This document shows positions 1 through 9,423 of a DNA stretch of 64,000 bases, piece after piece; position 1 is the first letter of the stretch; each line of letters starts with the position of its first letter. Position numbers and translations under genes: made by a program. Source of the stretch: an uncultured bacterium (GTDB taxonomy: Bacteria > Armatimonadota > UBA5829); contig CAZTAO010000012.1 of NCBI GenBank assembly GCA_964611645.1, positions 44,688 through 108,687 on the forward strand, given 5' to 3'. The notes below the pieces were generated by a model. That model made no database searches. It was not told where the DNA came from and worked only from the letters and a program-made list of their open reading frames with translations.

Positions 1-666
1 ATATGCGCGTTCAAGATCATCGACCAAGTGGCGAATGCGCGCGGGAGAGAGCGAATGATGTGTAGCTCGTCCGGGAACTACCTTGCGGATGGCCCCACAG
101 ATGCCGCACCTGTCACCCTGCCAAACGTGCTCTCGATCCCTGATCTTCCCGCACGAGATGCACTTGCAGCCGTTCCAGGGATGAGGCAGTTCTGTACCGC
201 ATTGCTCACACTTGCAGAATGTAGGATTATGTCGAGTTGCTTTACAGAGTCTGCAGGTGCATCCACTCCAATGGTGCTCTTGATCCCGTGACTTGAGGCA
301 CTTCTTACACGAACACCCTATCCACTGGTGATCTTCATCCCTCACGCTCCCACACGCTATGCACTTACAGCCGTCCCATTCGTGGCCCTCATCTCTCGTC
401 TTTCCGCAGAGCCTACACTTGCAGCCATCCCACGAGTGGTCCTGATCCCGTTGAGACTTGCTGCCATCCCGACCGTGGACCACGTTTCGGCTCTTTCCAC
501 AGCGCCGACATTTGCAGTCATCCCAATCGTGAGCTTTATCTCTTATCTTGCCGCAGTACTTACACTTACACCCGTGCCACTGATGACGGGTATCGCTCGT
601 CATTCCGCAACGCTCACACTGGCACGCCTTCCAGGCGTGAATCCCTAGCTTGCATAGTACGCTCAC
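1..666 (-). CDS. Cys/His-rich tandem-repeat protein (about ten 18-aa H-x-W-x2-C-x-C-x2-C-G units). The 3' end is cut by the window edge. Absent from the supplied ORF track.
   Basis: The minus-strand frame is open from position 1 to GTG 666-664, preceded by GGAGG (678-674, 7-nt spacer). My own translation reads VSVLCKLGIHAWKACQCERCGMTSDTRHQWHGCKCKYCGKIRDKAHDWDDCKCRRCGK...HEWDGCKCIACGSVRDEDHQWIGCSCKKC...HPWNGCKCISCGKIRDREHVWQGDRCGICG. The motif recurs every 18 aa (54 nt). Plus-strand track ORFs 28-291 and 328-648 look like its shadows. Confidence 0.7.
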   Translation of the reverse strand, partial: MSVLCKLGIHAWKACQCERCGMTSDTRHQWHGCKCKYCGKIRDKAHDWDDCKCRRCGKSRNVVHGRDGSKSQRDQDHSWDGCKCRLCGKTRDEGHEWDGCKCIACGSVRDEDHQWIGCSCKKCLKSRDQEHHWSGCTCRLCKATRHNPTFCKCEQCGTELPHPWNGCKCISCGKIRDREHVWQGDRCGICGAIRKVVPGRATHHSLSPARIRHLVDDLERAY

Positions 667-815
667 GGTGTATCCTCCACGTCAAGCACCTAGACCGAAA
701 CTGCATCTATGGATTTGGCCCACCCCGTTTGCTGTAGGTTTCCCAGATTACGCTCCACAGTATACCACAAGTTCGTGTCGACGGCCTGTTTTGAGTTCCC
801 GAAAGTGCCAACGCC

Positions 816-1382
816 TTACTCCCCCACCTTCTCCCAAGTCTGATAACAGCAGTCATCGCCCGTCAAGAGCATGCCGGTGAATGTGATTTTGTAGCCGTGT
901 TCTTTGGCGTAGGCTTCGTGCCAGGGGAGGCAGATGTGTTGGGCTATCTCTTCCATGCCCATTTCCTTCGCCAGGTTGGCGAAGGGGCATTTGGTTACCC
1001 GCACCACTATCCGCTCCTCGCTGGTCTCGAGGTGGTCGTTTTCGTAGCAGTGGGGGCGGGCGAACATGTCTACCATCTTGTTGAGCAGGTTGCCATACAG
1101 CGCCTTTTCCGCGACACCGGACTCCTGGCCCAGCCTGTAGTAGAGGTCATCCAAAACCTCAAGCACCGCCGGTCCGAAGCGCTCCTGGAATGTCTTTAGC
1201 AGCAGCAGACTCTCTCCTCTGCTGCCGCCGGAGTAGAAGGCCTTGTAGGTGTCCTGGAGTTCATCCTGCGAAGGCTCCCGCTTCGGCCATTGGCCCTTGA
1301 GCGCGCACAGGGTTTCCATATCGTAGCCCTCCGGAAGCCTCGGCTCGCGGACTGGCTTGGGTTCGTTCTTGGGTTTATTCAT
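816..1382 (-). CDS. L-2-amino-thiazoline-4-carboxylic acid hydrolase-like family protein
   Basis: Track ORF 816-1463. The probable start is ATG 1382 (MNKPK...), with GGAG about 11 nt upstream. The C-terminal segment VTKCPFANLAKEMGMEEIAQHICLPWHEAY...TGDDCCYQTW matches my recollection of the ATC-hydrolase (PF14196) Cys pattern. Confidence 0.55.
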   Translation of the reverse strand: MNKPKNEPKPVREPRLPEGYDMETLCALKGQWPKREPSQDELQDTYKAFYSGGSRGESLLLLKTFQERFGPAVLEVLDDLYYRLGQESGVAEKALYGNLLNKMVDMFARPHCYENDHLETSEERIVVRVTKCPFANLAKEMGMEEIAQHICLPWHEAYAKEHGYKITFTGMLLTGDDCCYQTWEKVGE

Positions 1383-1445
1383 TCTGGTTCTTGCTCCATT
1401 GTTACTTGCTTTGGGTGGCGATTCGGAAATCGCCACCCAGGAAGG

Positions 1446-1555
1446 GGTTTCGACTACGCTCAACCCTCAACCCTCAACCCTCTGCTCTCTGCTCTCTGCT
1501 CTCTGCTCTCTGCTCTCTGCTCTCTGCTCATTCATGGTTTCGACTCCGCTCAACC
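1446..1555. repeat. Composite simple-sequence repeat: (CTCAACC)x3 and (CTCTGCT)x7 bracketed by two copies of a 20-nt direct repeat GGTTTCGACT(A/C)CGCTCAACC
   Basis: Read directly. DR copy 1 is at 1446-1465. CTCAACC x3 is at 1459-1479. CTCTGCT x7 is at 1480-1528. DR copy 2 is at 1536-1555. The element is intergenic, between the GH42-like stop (1563) and the start of the next minus-strand gene (1382). Confidence 0.9.
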
Positions 1556-1562
1556 AACGGGC

Positions 1563-4500
1563 CTACTTCCCCACCACCAACCGAGTCTCCAGCGGCTTTA
1601 GGGTGAAGACTCCGGCGACCTTTGCGCCTGTCAGGACGTCTTGGGCTACGAAGGGTTTGCCGTTGGCGGACAGGACTACTTTCATCGGGGTTTTGCGGTA
1701 GTTGCAGAGGTTGACCACCGTGCCGTCCTTGGTCTTGGCCGACAGCCACTCAACGCCCCACACCGGCTCACCGTTGACACCCCTCACGTGGACCAGGGGC
1801 TTGATATTCCTCTCGTTGAAGAATGACCCCAGAGACCTCCAAAGTCGCCGCCAGGAGTCGTTGACCGGGTCGAATGGAGGGCCGTCAGCGGAGCCTGTCC
1901 AGACCTGGGGGCGGTTGTATTCGTCTTTTGACAGCGGGTCCGCTGTTCCGATGAAAAGGATCTTCCCTTTGTACTGCATCAGTGCAGCGCGCGCGGCGTC
2001 GGAGATGTGACCTGCATTGGGGACAAAGATCACCGGAGCGTTGGAGCTTTGCGGATTCCCGCTTCGCTCAAATCCCGAAAGACCGTCCTCCAACTGCCTC
2101 TCATCGATGAAGCCGATCTTTAGGCCGGTGAAGGCGAGGGCGGTGTAGAGGGCGCTCTCGGTGCTCCAGTAGCTGTTGGTGTCCCAAACCAGCGAGGACA
2201 GGCTGTGCAATATCAGGACCTGCGGCTTGATGCGCTGGATTGCAGTTACCTCATTCGCAGCGCGGTTGAGGTCCGAACACACGATCCCCACCGCCTCCGA
2301 GCAAAGCGGCCTGGTCATAATGCTGCCCGCGAAGTCGCTCCTGGGATTGTGCTCGCGCTGCCAGACCCAGATGGTGGTCGCGCTTTCGCCGTGGATAGCG
2401 TCCTGCCAGAGCACCGACCTCACGTGCGCCGTCGGTACCGGAGACAGGTCTCGGTCTACAATGATATGATTCTCGCTGTTGAACACCGGCGCGTCCTTCA
2501 TCGACCGCTGGATGTCATAAGCCATCGCGTTCTGCTGCCAGGCTTGCGCGAACTCGCCGCCCGATGTGCGGTCGTAGAAGTTGCTGGAATCGTTTCCGCT
2601 GATCTCGCTGAACTTGGAGAACAACCCGGCGTCGACCCCGTTGTGCGCGGCGTCGGGCCACAGGAAGCAGCCGCTGCTGGCCTTGACGTGGACCGGCACA
2701 TTGGGCGCGACCGTGTGCACGGCATCCGCCAGCATCTTGTGCCAGCCAGCGAAGAACTCCGCGTTGAAGCGGCAGTAGTCGTAGAACCTGCCCGAGAAGC
2801 GGTCCGGCATATAGGGGGCAATCGTGCTGAAAGGGTTGGGCAGAGTGGCTTCATCGAAACTCTTCAGACTCGTTCCCCAGCGCTCGTTGAGCTTGCCTAT
2901 GCTGCCGTGCCGGTTCTGGAGCCACGCGCGCCATTCTTTAGTCGCGTATTCGCAAGGCTCTTCGAGGTTGTCCGGCTCGTTGCTCAGGCAGATGCTGTGC
3001 AGGGCGGGATGGTCCTTGATCGGCGCGATGGTCTGGGTGATGTAGTCTTTCAGCATCTGCTGGCCCTCGGGCGCGTGGGTGCAGTACTTGATGAACCCGA
3101 TCCGCTGCTTCTTGAGTTCCGGGTATTTGTCCAGAAGCCACTGCGGCGGGCAATGCGGGCTGAGCAGGATATTCACCGCCACCCCCGCCTTCTGCGCGCG
3201 GTCGAGGAGGCTGGTCTCGAATGTCACGGGGCCGGTTGAAACCTCGCCCTCTTTCGGGAACACATCGTATGGCACAGTGTAGTTCTGGATGATGTTGACC
3301 CCGTAGCTGGGGAACTTCTCCACGTCCGCGTTGGCCTGGTCGAAATGACCGTAGCCGATGAAGAACACCGGCCTGGTCCCCAGAGCCTTACCTTTGGAGT
3401 CGGCTACCTGGCTTATGAACGACGGCCCGTCGATCCTGGGCCTCTCGCTCGCCACGAACCTCGGAACAGCCGGCAGCCTGCGCTTGCCCTTGGTCACTTC
3501 CTGAAGCTGGAAAGCCAGCCGCTTGGCCATCGTTTCCATTTCGCCAAGCTGGGTCAGAGCGCGGATGAGGTCCTGGTTCTTGATGTCATCATCCACATAG
3601 TTGGCCGAGTTCTCCAGCACGGTGTAGGTGATGAGAGGATAGGCGATATCCAGACCCTTGGCCTTGAGCATGTCCAGCGTGTTCTTCAGCCCGGGCAGCT
3701 TGGCGCGAATGGCCTCGAGCCTGCGGTTGGCTCCCGCTGCGGATGGGAACCGCGCGGTCACCTTGGCAACCGCAATGCTGCGTCCGTTGTCCAGCGCCCG
3801 CACAGACAACTCGCGAACCGCCGCATCCACTTCAGACGCCTGGCCTTTGACGCTGACCTCGTAAGCGCCGGCTTCGAGCTTCACTATCTGGTTGGGCGCG
3901 CGGCTCGTCCCGCTCAGCGCGGCCTCTACCATACCGTCCTCGACAGAGTTGGGAAGCGTCAGCGTGAAGTCCAAAGAAAACGGCCCATCGCCCTCGATAG
4001 TGCGGTCATATTCCGCCGGTTCGAGGTGCGCGAGGTTGTCGGCGGGCATGCACGGGGTCGCGTGGTCGCCCTCCTCCAGCTTCAGATCATCGATATAGAT
4101 GCCCGGCGTGAGGCTCTGGGTGATTATTCGGAGATAGAACACAGACTCGCTCGCGGACGGGGTGAACGTGCGCGTTACCCGTTTCCAGTGTTCGCGGGAG
4201 ACAGGCAGCGAGACATTGGTCTCCCAACTGCCGATGTATACGCCGTTCCCGCCATCGGACGCGCCCTTCATATAGCAGCTTAGGGTATATGTCTTGCCCG
4301 GCGTCAAGCGGATAGGCTCCGACTTGCTGAGATTGCCAAAGATGTTCGGCCCGTACATAGTGTTATTGACCAGGTAGACAGACCGCGTTCCGGAGTGGGT
4401 CTCCTTGGTCTCAACTGTGCAGGTGGCTTCGGTCCTGCCCTGGCCCCAAGTCCACCCCACAGGCAGCCCATTCGCCCCAACCTCCTCAAAACTGAAGTTG

Positions 4501-4622
4501 GGAATGAGGTTAGGGTTCACCACAGCGGGCTTGACCACAACCTCGTCAATGCCAAGCGTGCCGGCGTGACCACACGCGGCAGCCAGTAGGATAATCAGAA
4601 CCAGGAACACAGGATATCTCAT
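1563..4622 (-). CDS. Secreted lipoprotein glycoside hydrolase: N-terminal CBM4_9-like carbohydrate-binding module plus GH42-like (beta-galactosidase-type) TIM barrel
   Basis: Track ORF 1563-4709. The likely start is ATG 4622 (MRYPVFLVLIILLAAACGHAG, lipobox LAAAC), with GGAGGG upstream. NLIPNFSFEE...GWTWGQG is CBM4_9-like. YGVNIIQ...LLSPHCPPQWLLDKYPEL...CLSNEPDN is GH42-like. Confidence 0.65.
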   Translation of the reverse strand: MRYPVFLVLIILLAAACGHAGTLGIDEVVVKPAVVNPNLIPNFSFEEVGANGLPVGWTWGQGRTEATCTVETKETHSGTRSVYLVNNTMYGPNIFGNLSKSEPIRLTPGKTYTLSCYMKGASDGGNGVYIGSWETNVSLPVSREHWKRVTRTFTPSASESVFYLRIITQSLTPGIYIDDLKLEEGDHATPCMPADNLAHLEPAEYDRTIEGDGPFSLDFTLTLPNSVEDGMVEAALSGTSRAPNQIVKLEAGAYEVSVKGQASEVDAAVRELSVRALDNGRSIAVAKVTARFPSAAGANRRLEAIRAKLPGLKNTLDMLKAKGLDIAYPLITYTVLENSANYVDDDIKNQDLIRALTQLGEMETMAKRLAFQLQEVTKGKRRLPAVPRFVASERPRIDGPSFISQVADSKGKALGTRPVFFIGYGHFDQANADVEKFPSYGVNIIQNYTVPYDVFPKEGEVSTGPVTFETSLLDRAQKAGVAVNILLSPHCPPQWLLDKYPELKKQRIGFIKYCTHAPEGQQMLKDYITQTIAPIKDHPALHSICLSNEPDNLEEPCEYATKEWRAWLQNRHGSIGKLNERWGTSLKSFDEATLPNPFSTIAPYMPDRFSGRFYDYCRFNAEFFAGWHKMLADAVHTVAPNVPVHVKASSGCFLWPDAAHNGVDAGLFSKFSEISGNDSSNFYDRTSGGEFAQAWQQNAMAYDIQRSMKDAPVFNSENHIIVDRDLSPVPTAHVRSVLWQDAIHGESATTIWVWQREHNPRSDFAGSIMTRPLCSEAVGIVCSDLNRAANEVTAIQRIKPQVLILHSLSSLVWDTNSYWSTESALYTALAFTGLKIGFIDERQLEDGLSGFERSGNPQSSNAPVIFVPNAGHISDAARAALMQYKGKILFIGTADPLSKDEYNRPQVWTGSADGPPFDPVNDSWRRLWRSLGSFFNERNIKPLVHVRGVNGEPVWGVEWLSAKTKDGTVVNLCNYRKTPMKVVLSANGKPFVAQDVLTGAKVAGVFTLKPLETRLVVGK

Positions 4623-4692
4623 AGACAATCGCCCTCCGTCTATACCTTCGGCGGAGGGCGCTGTGTTTCCTGCGGGGAGGACTATCCTGAAC

Positions 4693-5736
4693 CTACCCGG
4701 GCAGTCCACAAGCAGGCGCGATGCCTTTCTTTTCGTAGTACTGCTGGTGGTAGTCTTCTGCCGGGTAGAACTCTGGTGCGGGGGTGATTTCTGTGACTAT
4801 CTTGCTGCGGCACTTGCCCGACTTCTCCAACGCCGCCATCGACTCCTCTGCCTGCTTCTTCTGTTCTTCGCTGTGGTAGAAGATGGCAGACCGATACTGC
4901 GAGCCTACATCCGGACCCTGGCGGTAGTATTGGGTGGGGTCGTGGGTGCTCCAGAACCTGTCCAGCAGTTCCTTGTAGCTAATCTTGGCCGGGTCGAACA
5001 CCACCTCCACAGCCTCCGCGTGGCCCGTGGTGTGGGAGCACACGTCCTTGTAGGTCGGGTTCTTAGTTTTGCCGCCCGTGTAGCCGACTCTAGTGGAGAT
5101 CACGCCCTTGCCCATAAGCTCTCGAAACTCCGATTCCACACCCCAGAAGCAGCCTTCCGCGAACGTTGCCGTCTCGGTCTTCGGCTTATCTTCCAGAATT
5201 GCCAACTTCAAGGACAAAGCGTTGATACAGTAGCGCTTGTGGGTCGGCGGAGGGCCATCGTCGAAGACATGCCCGAGGTGGGCGCCGCACCTGGCGCAGT
5301 TGATCTCGGTTCGGCTCATCCCGAAAGAATTGTCCTTAACGTACTTCACATTGAGTTCCGACACCGGCTGCCAGAAACTGGGCCAGCCTGTGCCCGAGTC
5401 GAATTTGTTGCCTTGCATGAACAGGTCAGTGCCACAACACACGCACTCGTATATTCCTGTCTTGCCCTGCGGCGGAAGGCCGCAAGATTGCGAGAAGGGC
5501 GCTTCAGTCCCCGACTTGCGCGTCACTTGGAACTGCTCCGGCGTGAGCAGCTTCTTCCACTGCTCGTCGGACTTGTGAATCCGCTGCACGGTCTCGGTCT
5601 TGCCCGTGTCGGCGTTGTATATCTTGATAGTGTTGTTTGTGTCGGTCATTGCTTGCGTTCCCTTTCGCGTAGCCGCGCAGCTAACCAAGCTGGTTACCAT
5701 AGCTATACCCATAGCCAGAACTACCCACTTACTCAT
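4693..5736 (-). CDS. msrAB: Bifunctional peptide-methionine sulfoxide reductase (MsrB domain then MsrA domain), lipoprotein signal
   Basis: MsrB motifs: [17 protein letters not shown] and [16 protein letters not shown]. MsrA motifs: GCFWGVE and [12 protein letters not shown]...YHQQY. The start is ATG 5736 ([20 protein letters not shown]), with GGGAG 10 nt upstream. The alternative track start is 5766. Confidence 0.9.
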   Translation of the reverse strand: MSKWVVLAMGIAMVTSLVSCAATRKGTQAMTDTNNTIKIYNADTGKTETVQRIHKSDEQWKKLLTPEQFQVTRKSGTEAPFSQSCGLPPQGKTGIYECVCCGTDLFMQGNKFDSGTGWPSFWQPVSELNVKYVKDNSFGMSRTEINCARCGAHLGHVFDDGPPPTHKRYCINALSLKLAILEDKPKTETATFAEGCFWGVESEFRELMGKGVISTRVGYTGGKTKNPTYKDVCSHTTGHAEAVEVVFDPAKISYKELLDRFWSTHDPTQYYRQGPDVGSQYRSAIFYHSEEQKKQAEESMAALEKSGKCRSKIVTEITPAPEFYPAEDYHQQYYEKKGIAPACGLPG

Positions 5737-5881
5737 TACCCGCAAACTCCCGAAATGCATTTGCACTCATGTATCGAACGTGTGGGAGAGGCCAAGAGTT
5801 CCGAGCACGGCCTGCCGGAAATTGACAAGGCGCACTGGGGGTGGTATAGTCGGGATGTGGTTCCCGAAGGAGGCTGCGCCG

Positions 5882-6535
5882 ATGAAAAACGGGCGTGGAT
5901 TTACTCTCATTGAGCTCCTGGTGGTGATCGCTATCATCGCCGTTCTCGCGGGGATACTTTTCCCGGTGCTGGCCAAGGCGAAGGAAAAGGGCCGCGAGAC
6001 AGTGTGTATCAGTAATCTCAGGCAGCTTGCCATGGCCGGGCTTCAGTATGTTCAGGACTACGATGAGTATTTCCCGGTTATCTCGCTGAGCGAAGCCACT
6101 GCCCACAAGGACTGGTGGGGGTATACCCTGCAGCCCTACATCCGCAACTCGGGGATCTTTGAATGCCCCTCCAAACCCGGGGACTCCCCGAGAAATGACT
6201 ACTGCGTCAACGGCGCTCGCGACCACTCCGGCAAGAGCATCTTCGGCATTCGCTACCCGGGCTACCTGAATGAGGACGCTGGAAAACTCCCATTCAAAGG
6301 CATACTGGAGAAGATCGTCTTTGTGACCGAGGAGACCCGAAGACAGCCCTGGGGCGACTGGCAGAACCAGTTCCACGCCGATGGGTCGCTGATTTTCGAT
6401 CCAGGAGTCCACTACGACGGCATTCACATCCTCTTCGTGGACGGTCACGTAAAGTGGCAGACGGTGCAAGGAATGCCAAGTCTGGACACATGGCCCGAAT
6501 TTCAGATTAGCTGGGATACCCGCTACCAGTTGTAG
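5882..6535 (+). CDS. Prepilin-type N-terminal cleavage/methylation domain protein (DUF1559 / H-X9-DG type)
   Basis: ATG 5882 follows GGAGG. MKNGRGFTLIELLVVIAIIAVLAGILFP is a class III signal. The C-terminal HILFVDGHVKW fits the H-X9-DG motif. Confidence 0.85.
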   Translation: MKNGRGFTLIELLVVIAIIAVLAGILFPVLAKAKEKGRETVCISNLRQLAMAGLQYVQDYDEYFPVISLSEATAHKDWWGYTLQPYIRNSGIFECPSKPGDSPRNDYCVNGARDHSGKSIFGIRYPGYLNEDAGKLPFKGILEKIVFVTEETRRQPWGDWQNQFHADGSLIFDPGVHYDGIHILFVDGHVKWQTVQGMPSLDTWPEFQISWDTRYQL

Positions 6536-6593
6536 CCTCAAGCAGCGTGAACCGTGACCGTTTCTCGCGAGTGATTGCCAGGAGAAGTGCGCC

Positions 6594-7763
6594 ATGATAG
6601 ACCCCACTGCCCACTGCGAGGTCATCCGGGTTCTGGATGAGTTCGAGGAAACCATCAGCACAAAGGAGCAGGCGGCAGTTCGCGGCAGACTCATCCGCGC
6701 GGCTGACTGGGAGACCCTCGACAGACCACCCGTTGTGATAATTCCGCCGTGGGACAGTTCAACCATAGAGACATACCCGATCTGCGAGGCCGTGCTGGAC
6801 CCGTCCAAGATGCTCTACAACGAACTCCACAAGGGCATCGCCTCACCGTACGGATGGATGGCCGTGGGTGATGACCGCCCGCTTCAGGTGCGCCCGGATT
6901 TCGGCTGCGGGCTGGTGTCCAGCGTGTTCGGGGCGCAGGTGAAGGTGGTGGGAAACAACCCCGCCTGGGTGAAGCACCTGAGTGGAGATGACATAGAATC
7001 CGCCGTTGAGAAGGCGATCGACAACCTCGACCTCTCCAGGCTTCCCGACCTCGGCTGGGTTCCCAGATACTGCGAGACCTATGAATACTACCTGGCGTTG
7101 CTTGCAGACTACCCAAACCTCAAATCCAGCATGGCGGTGACTCTGCCGGATATGCAGGGGCCGTTCGACAACGCCGCGATGATGTGGGGCAGTTCTATTT
7201 TTGAAGCCCTCTACACCAATCCCGATCTGGTTTGCCGGTTCTGCGCGGCGGTGGCTGATGTGATGGTCGCCCTCCACGACTTCTTCCGCCGCGACTACGT
7301 GGGCCGGGAACTGCTCCCCAAAGGCTACTCTCACCAACACGGGGTCATCATTCGCGGCAACATTCTCCTGCGCGGCGACTCCAACCTGATGCTGAGCACG
7401 AAAATGTATATCGACGCCATGCGTCCCCACGACAGAGACGTACTGCGAAGGGTCGGCGGCGGGAGCTACCATTCGTGCGGTAAGTGGGAACACAATGTCC
7501 CGGCGGTGATGGCGATGGATGAGATCGGCAGCCTCGATTTCGGCGCGGACCAGAGCTTCCTCAACGACATCGATGCTATCTACAAGGCTGCGGCAGTGGG
7601 CATGAAACACCTCAACCTGGTCACAGCCATGCCGGAGGAACTGTCCTCAGGCAGCATTATCGGACGATTCCCCACAGGCGTCACTTTGTCCTGCATCGTG
7701 GACAGCACCCAGACAGCCTCGGAACTGATGAAGCAGTACGTGAAGGCCGCCGAGAGGGAATAG
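6594..7763 (+). CDS. Uroporphyrinogen decarboxylase (URO-D)-like superfamily protein, function unknown
   Basis: 389-aa ORF with coding-like composition. The C-terminal half (GGGSYHSCGKWEHNVPAVMAMDEIGSLDFG) resembles URO-D/MtaA-like TIM barrels. The assignment is weak. Confidence 0.4.
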   Translation: MIDPTAHCEVIRVLDEFEETISTKEQAAVRGRLIRAADWETLDRPPVVIIPPWDSSTIETYPICEAVLDPSKMLYNELHKGIASPYGWMAVGDDRPLQVRPDFGCGLVSSVFGAQVKVVGNNPAWVKHLSGDDIESAVEKAIDNLDLSRLPDLGWVPRYCETYEYYLALLADYPNLKSSMAVTLPDMQGPFDNAAMMWGSSIFEALYTNPDLVCRFCAAVADVMVALHDFFRRDYVGRELLPKGYSHQHGVIIRGNILLRGDSNLMLSTKMYIDAMRPHDRDVLRRVGGGSYHSCGKWEHNVPAVMAMDEIGSLDFGADQSFLNDIDAIYKAAAVGMKHLNLVTAMPEELSSGSIIGRFPTGVTLSCIVDSTQTASELMKQYVKAAERE

Positions 7764-7964
7764 TTGCCCAGCGCCCAAGCAAGATACTAGAGTTATGTCT
7801 GCTCTCCACAGCCCACGGTGATCGGGATGACCGACCTCACTCCAAGCCTGGGAGTTTGGCATGGCGCCCATACGGGGTACCCTTTGCTCAGATGTACTAG
7901 CCGGGTGGCCTTGTTCCTTGAATGTATGGCAGTGGTCACCGCGGCAGCACTAGAGGTAGATGCG

Positions 7965-8213
7965 ATGGGGATAATCAGTTGGATAATCTTTGGTGGATTG
8001 GCCGGTTGGCTGGCGTCCGTCCTGACAGGCGAGAAAGAAGGATGCCTTACGAGTGTAGCTATCGGGATTGTCGGCGCACTGATCGGTGGGTTTGTCTTCT
8101 CGCTGATCGGCGGTTCGGGAGTGACCGGCTTCAATCTGTACAGCCTGCTTGTGGCTGTCATCGGTTCGCTGATCCTGATTGCGCTGCTGAGAGCCATTCG
8201 ACGACGAGGCTGA
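7965..8213 (+). CDS. GlsB/YeaQ/YmgE family (transglycosylase-associated) small membrane protein
   Basis: ATG 7965 follows GAGG. MGIISWIIFGGLAGWLAS...IVGALIGGFVFSLIGG is typical of this family. Confidence 0.8.
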   Translation: MGIISWIIFGGLAGWLASVLTGEKEGCLTSVAIGIVGALIGGFVFSLIGGSGVTGFNLYSLLVAVIGSLILIALLRAIRRRG

Positions 8214-8270
8214 CACTCGGCATGCGCGTAGCTCAAGTTGATGTGACCATTACCGGCCACACAGAGTGAG

Positions 8271-9389
8271 TCATCCGGATTCGGGGAGCACAAACCAAAA
8301 CGTGCTCCCCTTGCCCACCTCACTGTCCACTCCGATAGAACCACCATGCGCTTCCACCGCCAGCTTGCAGAAGGTGAGCCCCAATCCCGTGGAATATTGG
8401 CGTCGCTGGGTTTGGCCCTGAGCCACCTGCCCAAACTTGTCGAAAATTCGCTCCAGGCTCTCATTGGGGATCCCGGAGCCGCTGTCCTGAACGAACACTC
8501 TCACCCAACCCTCAACTCGCTCCATACCCACACGGATGATTCCGTCATCCTGCGTGAATTTCAGCGCGTTGCCCAGCAGGTTCTGTATCACGCGCGCAAG
8601 CAGCCCGGCATCTGCTGTCACCAAGATCGGCGCTTCCGGCGCCTCAAGAATAAGCTGACGGTTCTCGCGCAAGGATTCCGCGTTGTCCATAACTCCCCGG
8701 ACGATGTCTGCCAGGTCGCACTCTCCCAGCTCCAGGGTCATCTCCCCGGCCTCCATCTTGCTGACGTCCAGCAAAGAACTGATCATATTGATGAGGTTCT
8801 CGGTGGCCTCGGAAGCGATGGCTACGAACTCCTTCCCATCGTCGGACACACACTCCCCCTCCAGCATCTGCAGGAATCCCTTTATGCTGGTCAGAGGGGT
8901 GCGCATGTCGTGCACGACCATGTGCACCAGGCTGTCCCGGAGTTCCTCGAGTTTTCGAAGCTGTTCGTAGCTGTCTTGCAGGAGGGCCCTTTGCCGATGG
9001 AGTTCCAGGTGGGTTGCCACGCGGGCCTGCACTTCTCTCAACTGGAAAGGCTTGGTTATGTAGTCGACCCCACCCACCTCAAACGCCTTGACCTTGTCCA
9101 TGGTCTCGTTGAGGGCGCTGATGAAGATTACCGGGATCTCCGCCAACTGCTCATCTGTCTTCAGCCGCTCACATACCTCGTACCCATTCATCTGGGGCAT
9201 AATGACGTCAAGGAGTATCAGGTCGGGAGGATCGTGCTTTGCCGTCTGGAGGGCGAACTTCCCATCGGAAACGGACCTGACTTTGTACCCCAGATCCTTG
9301 AGCATCCCCGTCAGGAGACGCAGGTTCGCTGGGGTATCGTCAACGACGAGAATATTGGGAACGCGCTGCTGGGCCTGGGTTTTCTCCAA
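8271..9389 (-). CDS. Response-regulator receiver fused to histidine kinase (REC-HisKA-HATPase_c)
   Basis: TTG 9389 has AGGAGA 6 nt upstream. REC: [11 protein letters not shown]...[14 protein letters not shown]...TKPF. H-box: [13 protein letters not shown]-boxes: QDSGSGIP and GLGLTFCK. Confidence 0.9.
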   Translation of the reverse strand: MEKTQAQQRVPNILVVDDTPANLRLLTGMLKDLGYKVRSVSDGKFALQTAKHDPPDLILLDVIMPQMNGYEVCERLKTDEQLAEIPVIFISALNETMDKVKAFEVGGVDYITKPFQLREVQARVATHLELHRQRALLQDSYEQLRKLEELRDSLVHMVVHDMRTPLTSIKGFLQMLEGECVSDDGKEFVAIASEATENLINMISSLLDVSKMEAGEMTLELGECDLADIVRGVMDNAESLRENRQLILEAPEAPILVTADAGLLARVIQNLLGNALKFTQDDGIIRVGMERVEGWVRVFVQDSGSGIPNESLERIFDKFGQVAQGQTQRRQYSTGLGLTFCKLAVEAHGGSIGVDSEVGKGSTFWFVLPESG

Positions 9390-9423
9390 GGTACGTCTCC
9401 TATGGGTCGAACGGCATCGCGGT

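Noticed and set aside
28-648. Plus-strand track ORFs 28-291 (87 aa) and 328-648 (106 aa)
   Set aside because: Their translations are Pro/Ala/Leu/Thr-rich with no motifs or RBS. They lie exactly antisense to a minus-strand frame that has a perfect RBS and a strictly periodic Cys/His motif. I treat them as shadow ORFs.
1459-1528. Heptamer repeat tract as a possible CRISPR array
   Set aside because: The units are 7 nt, contiguous and without spacers. No cas genes are nearby. This is a microsatellite, not a CRISPR array.
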